Source: Thermodesulfovibrionales bacterium
Lineage (GTDB): Bacteria; Nitrospirota; Thermodesulfovibrionia; Thermodesulfovibrionales; UBA9159
DNA length: 64,000 bases
Reading direction: 5' to 3'
Assembly: GCA_035622735.1 (NCBI GenBank)
Contig: DASPUT010000077.1
Span: 2,645 to 66,644, forward strand
The translations under genes were made by a program, and so were the position numbers. Shown in pieces: positions 61,942 through 64,000 of the stretch (the stretch's first letter is position 1; every line of letters begins with the position of its first letter). Below the pieces are notes generated by a model. The model was not told the origin of the DNA. It saw nothing but the letters and a program-made list of their open reading frames with translations, and ran no database searches.

Positions 61942-62891
61942 CGCTTCTCTCCCCCGGCTATCGCCTCCCCCAGAATAGCCTCTATGAGCTCCGGGAAACC
62001 GAGTCCCGCACGATTTGCTATCTTCGGAAGAAGGCTCGTCTCGGTCATTCCCGGTATTGTGTTCACCTCGAGCACGTAGGGATTCCCGTCCGAATCGATG
62101 ATGAGATCAACCCTGGTAGCGCCTTCACATCCCAGGGCTCGATGGGCTGCGAGGGCCGTGCCCTCCGCCTCCCCGAGAACTTCGGCATCGATCTCGGGCG
62201 GGAGTATGTAGTCTGTAAGACCGGGGGTATATTTCGCTTCATAATTATAGAAATCAAGCTTCGTCCTGATCTCCACGGCGCCGAGGACGGTGTTGTTGAG
62301 AATGCCGACCTGGACCTCTTTGCCCTCTATATATTTTTCTATGATGACTCGCCCGCCGAACTTTAGGGCATGATCGAGTGCAGGAAGAAAAGAGGCTTCC
62401 TCCCTCACGATGCTCACCCCTATGCTTGATCCCTCTGCTGCGGGCTTGAGCACCCAGGGCAGGGTAAACGGGACCGTCTCTTTTCCGAAGCCGTTCACCT
62501 CCGATCCATTCCCCTCCCGAGAGGAACCGTTCCCGACAACGACGAATGGCGGGACAGGGATCCGATGGTAAAGGAATATCTTTTTCGCGGACTCCTTATC
62601 CATGGCAAGGGCTGAGGCGAGGACCCGTGATCCCGTATAGGGAATACCCATAACCTCGAGGAGGCCTTGGATAGCCCCATTCTCGCCGTGTCCGCCGTGA
62701 AGGACGAGGATCGCTATTTCGATTCCTTCCCGCTTCAACACGTCACAGATGTCATGTCCGACGTCAATAGCTGCAACCCGATATCCCCTGCGTTCCAGGG
62801 CATTGAAGACAGCGGCACCGCTTTTGAGAGAGACCTCTCGCTCCGCCGAAGCGCCACCCATGAGAACACCTATCTTCCTATCCGTTACCAT
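61938..62891 (-). CDS. ddl: D-alanine--D-alanine ligase
   Basis: [51 protein letters not shown] and [17 protein letters not shown]. Confidence 0.93.
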   Translation of the reverse strand: MVTDRKIGVLMGGASAEREVSLKSGAAVFNALERRGYRVAAIDVGHDICDVLKREGIEIAILVLHGGHGENGAIQGLLEVMGIPYTGSRVLASALAMDKESAKKIFLYHRIPVPPFVVVGNGSSREGNGSEVNGFGKETVPFTLPWVLKPAAEGSSIGVSIVREEASFLPALDHALKFGGRVIIEKYIEGKEVQVGILNNTVLGAVEIRTKLDFYNYEAKYTPGLTDYILPPEIDAEVLGEAEGTALAAHRALGCEGATRVDLIIDSDGNPYVLEVNTIPGMTETSLLPKIANRAGLGFPELIEAILGEAIAGGEKR

Positions 62892-62930
62892 GGCACCGAA
62901 TCGGGAAGACCATTCTGGAGATCCGAATGC

Positions 62931-63878
62931 TCACGTTCTTCCCGCAATCCTCATTTCCAGTTCGAGCTCAGTACCGAACACCCTCTTAACCCTCTCCCTT
63001 ACATCTTCCATGAGCGCAAGAAAATCAGCCGCAGTTCCGTCGCCCCTGTTAATAAAGAAGTTTGCATGAAGGGCAGACACCTCTATGCCGCCTCTCTTCA
63101 TTCCCTTGCACCGGGCCTCATCAATGAGCTTCCCTGCCGCGGCGCCCTCAGGGTTCCTGAATACGCAACCGGCAGACCACGCGGAGAGAGGCTGTTTTTC
63201 GCGCTTTTCTCTGAGGAAACCCTTCATCCTTTCGGCAACGGCAGAAGGGTCGTCCTTTTCTAATCTCACATTTGCACTGAGTACAATGCCGTCATCGGGG
63301 ATATCGGCCGACCGGTAGCCAAACCGGAGCTCTTCCCTTTTAAGAACAACCAAGCGGCCTTCCCTGTTTATCACGGTGACCGATTCTATGACATCAGCGG
63401 CAGCGTATCCAAAGGAGCCGGCATTGCCTTTGACGGCGCCGCCGACAGAGCCCGGGATGCCGGCCAGACCTTCAATCCCCCTGCATCCCTGCTCCTTTGC
63501 AAAATGGACCAGCTTCTGAAGCGGTGATCCCGCCTGCACAAAGAGCCGTATCCCTTCGTCCTTCTCCTCGATAATCGTGATGCGATCCATCGCCCCGACG
63601 GAGAGAACGATTCCGGCAATGCCTCCATCGCGGACGAGAAGGTTGCTGCCCCCGCCCACGGGCATAATCGGGAAGCCCCTGGCAGCGGCTCCCGCAAGAA
63701 GATATTTCAGGGAGGTCGGATCATCGGGAATCGCAAAGGCGTCGGCAGGACCCCCTATTCTGAGTGTGGTCCTGTTTTTCATGGGTTCATCAAAGAGGAC
63801 GTCGCCCTTGAAGTCATCTGCCTCCATAATCTCTCTTAAAATATTCTTATGCTCCGTCATAGCGGCTGAACCGGTCAT
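62931..63878 (-). CDS. murB: UDP-N-acetylenolpyruvoylglucosamine reductase
   Basis: TTLRIGGPAD, PVGGGSNLLV, IPGSVGGAVKGNAGSFG, SAGCVFRNP and HANFFIN. The ATG at 63878 overlaps the murC stop (ATGA). Confidence 0.92.
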   Translation of the reverse strand: MTGSAAMTEHKNILREIMEADDFKGDVLFDEPMKNRTTLRIGGPADAFAIPDDPTSLKYLLAGAAARGFPIMPVGGGSNLLVRDGGIAGIVLSVGAMDRITIIEEKDEGIRLFVQAGSPLQKLVHFAKEQGCRGIEGLAGIPGSVGGAVKGNAGSFGYAAADVIESVTVINREGRLVVLKREELRFGYRSADIPDDGIVLSANVRLEKDDPSAVAERMKGFLREKREKQPLSAWSAGCVFRNPEGAAAGKLIDEARCKGMKRGGIEVSALHANFFINRGDGTAADFLALMEDVRERVKRVFGTELELEMRIAGRT

Positions 63879-64000
63879 CCCTCATCCTTCATCTTCTTGA
63901 GGAGTTCTTCCCCAACTCTCCAGACATCGCCGGCTCCGAGGGTGAGCAAGAAATCGTTCGGCCCGAGCATCGATACAAGGCTCTTCACGATGCGTTCCCT
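63875..64000 (-). CDS. murC: UDP-N-acetylmuramate--L-alanine ligase, C-terminal end only (rest off-window)
   Basis: The reverse translation ...RERIVKSLVSMLGPNDFLLTLGAGDVWRVGEELLKKMKDEG-stop has the Mur ligase C-terminal GAGD motif. The gene order murC-murB-ddl-ftsQAZ is standard. Confidence 0.7.
   Translation of the reverse strand, partial: RERIVKSLVSMLGPNDFLLTLGAGDVWRVGEELLKKMKDEG

Overview
This is a 64-kb bacterial chromosomal window. I did not compute GC content. The gene content resembles anaerobic Nitrospirota or Desulfobacterota genomes, but the taxon cannot be fixed from sequence alone. All family calls below are by-eye motif recognition; no HMM, BLAST or covariance-model search was possible.

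Layout:
- 1-5.9 kb: envelope and redox genes. These are a sulfatase-like fragment, a beta-helix protein, an SCO1 plus cytochrome c/solute-binding fusion operon, and a secreted protein with a phage-tail-fibre-type S74 domain.
- 6-24 kb: a large plus-strand glycan cluster. It holds a sulfotransferase-GT2-PAPS-reductase-like fusion, a 1364-aa triple GT4 protein, a methyltransferase, a polytopic membrane protein with a LamG tail, gmd, two GT4 genes and manC. A minus-strand FN3/repeat surface protein interrupts it.
- 24-31.6 kb: a TorD-like gene, atpZ and atpI, then a 1393-aa PPDK-like dikinase that lacks the PEP/pyruvate barrel, then a long-form GAPDH and an SRPBCC protein.
- 31.6-35.7 kb: a visibly AT-richer insert with a decayed GT-C remnant, an FAD oxidoreductase and an ArnT-like GT-C protein.
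- 35.7-41.7 kb: a lipase-like protein, Dus, a SWIB protein, BrnT/BrnA, a DUF1566 protein and a GlsB-type protein.
- 41.9-57.6 kb: an accessory region dominated by cyclic-di-GMP biology. It has four tandem PilZ genes and a fifth inverted paralogue. A candidate GEMM-I riboswitch sits behind a near-consensus promoter in front of a secreted 769-aa protein. A REC-GGDEF cyclase is also present. The region additionally carries several decayed genes, a DUF3300/DUF2950 pair, and a frameshifted two-CW small-protein gene next to a patatin-like phospholipase.
- 58-64 kb: a GNAT gene and the distal end of the dcw cluster (murC', murB, ddl, ftsQ, ftsA, ftsZ).

No rRNA, tRNA, CRISPR array or intact mobile element was recognised.

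Best leads, in order:
1. The riboswitch/PilZ island.
2. The truncated-dikinase/GAPDH pair.
3. The sulfotransferase fusion.
4. The two-CW/patatin pair.
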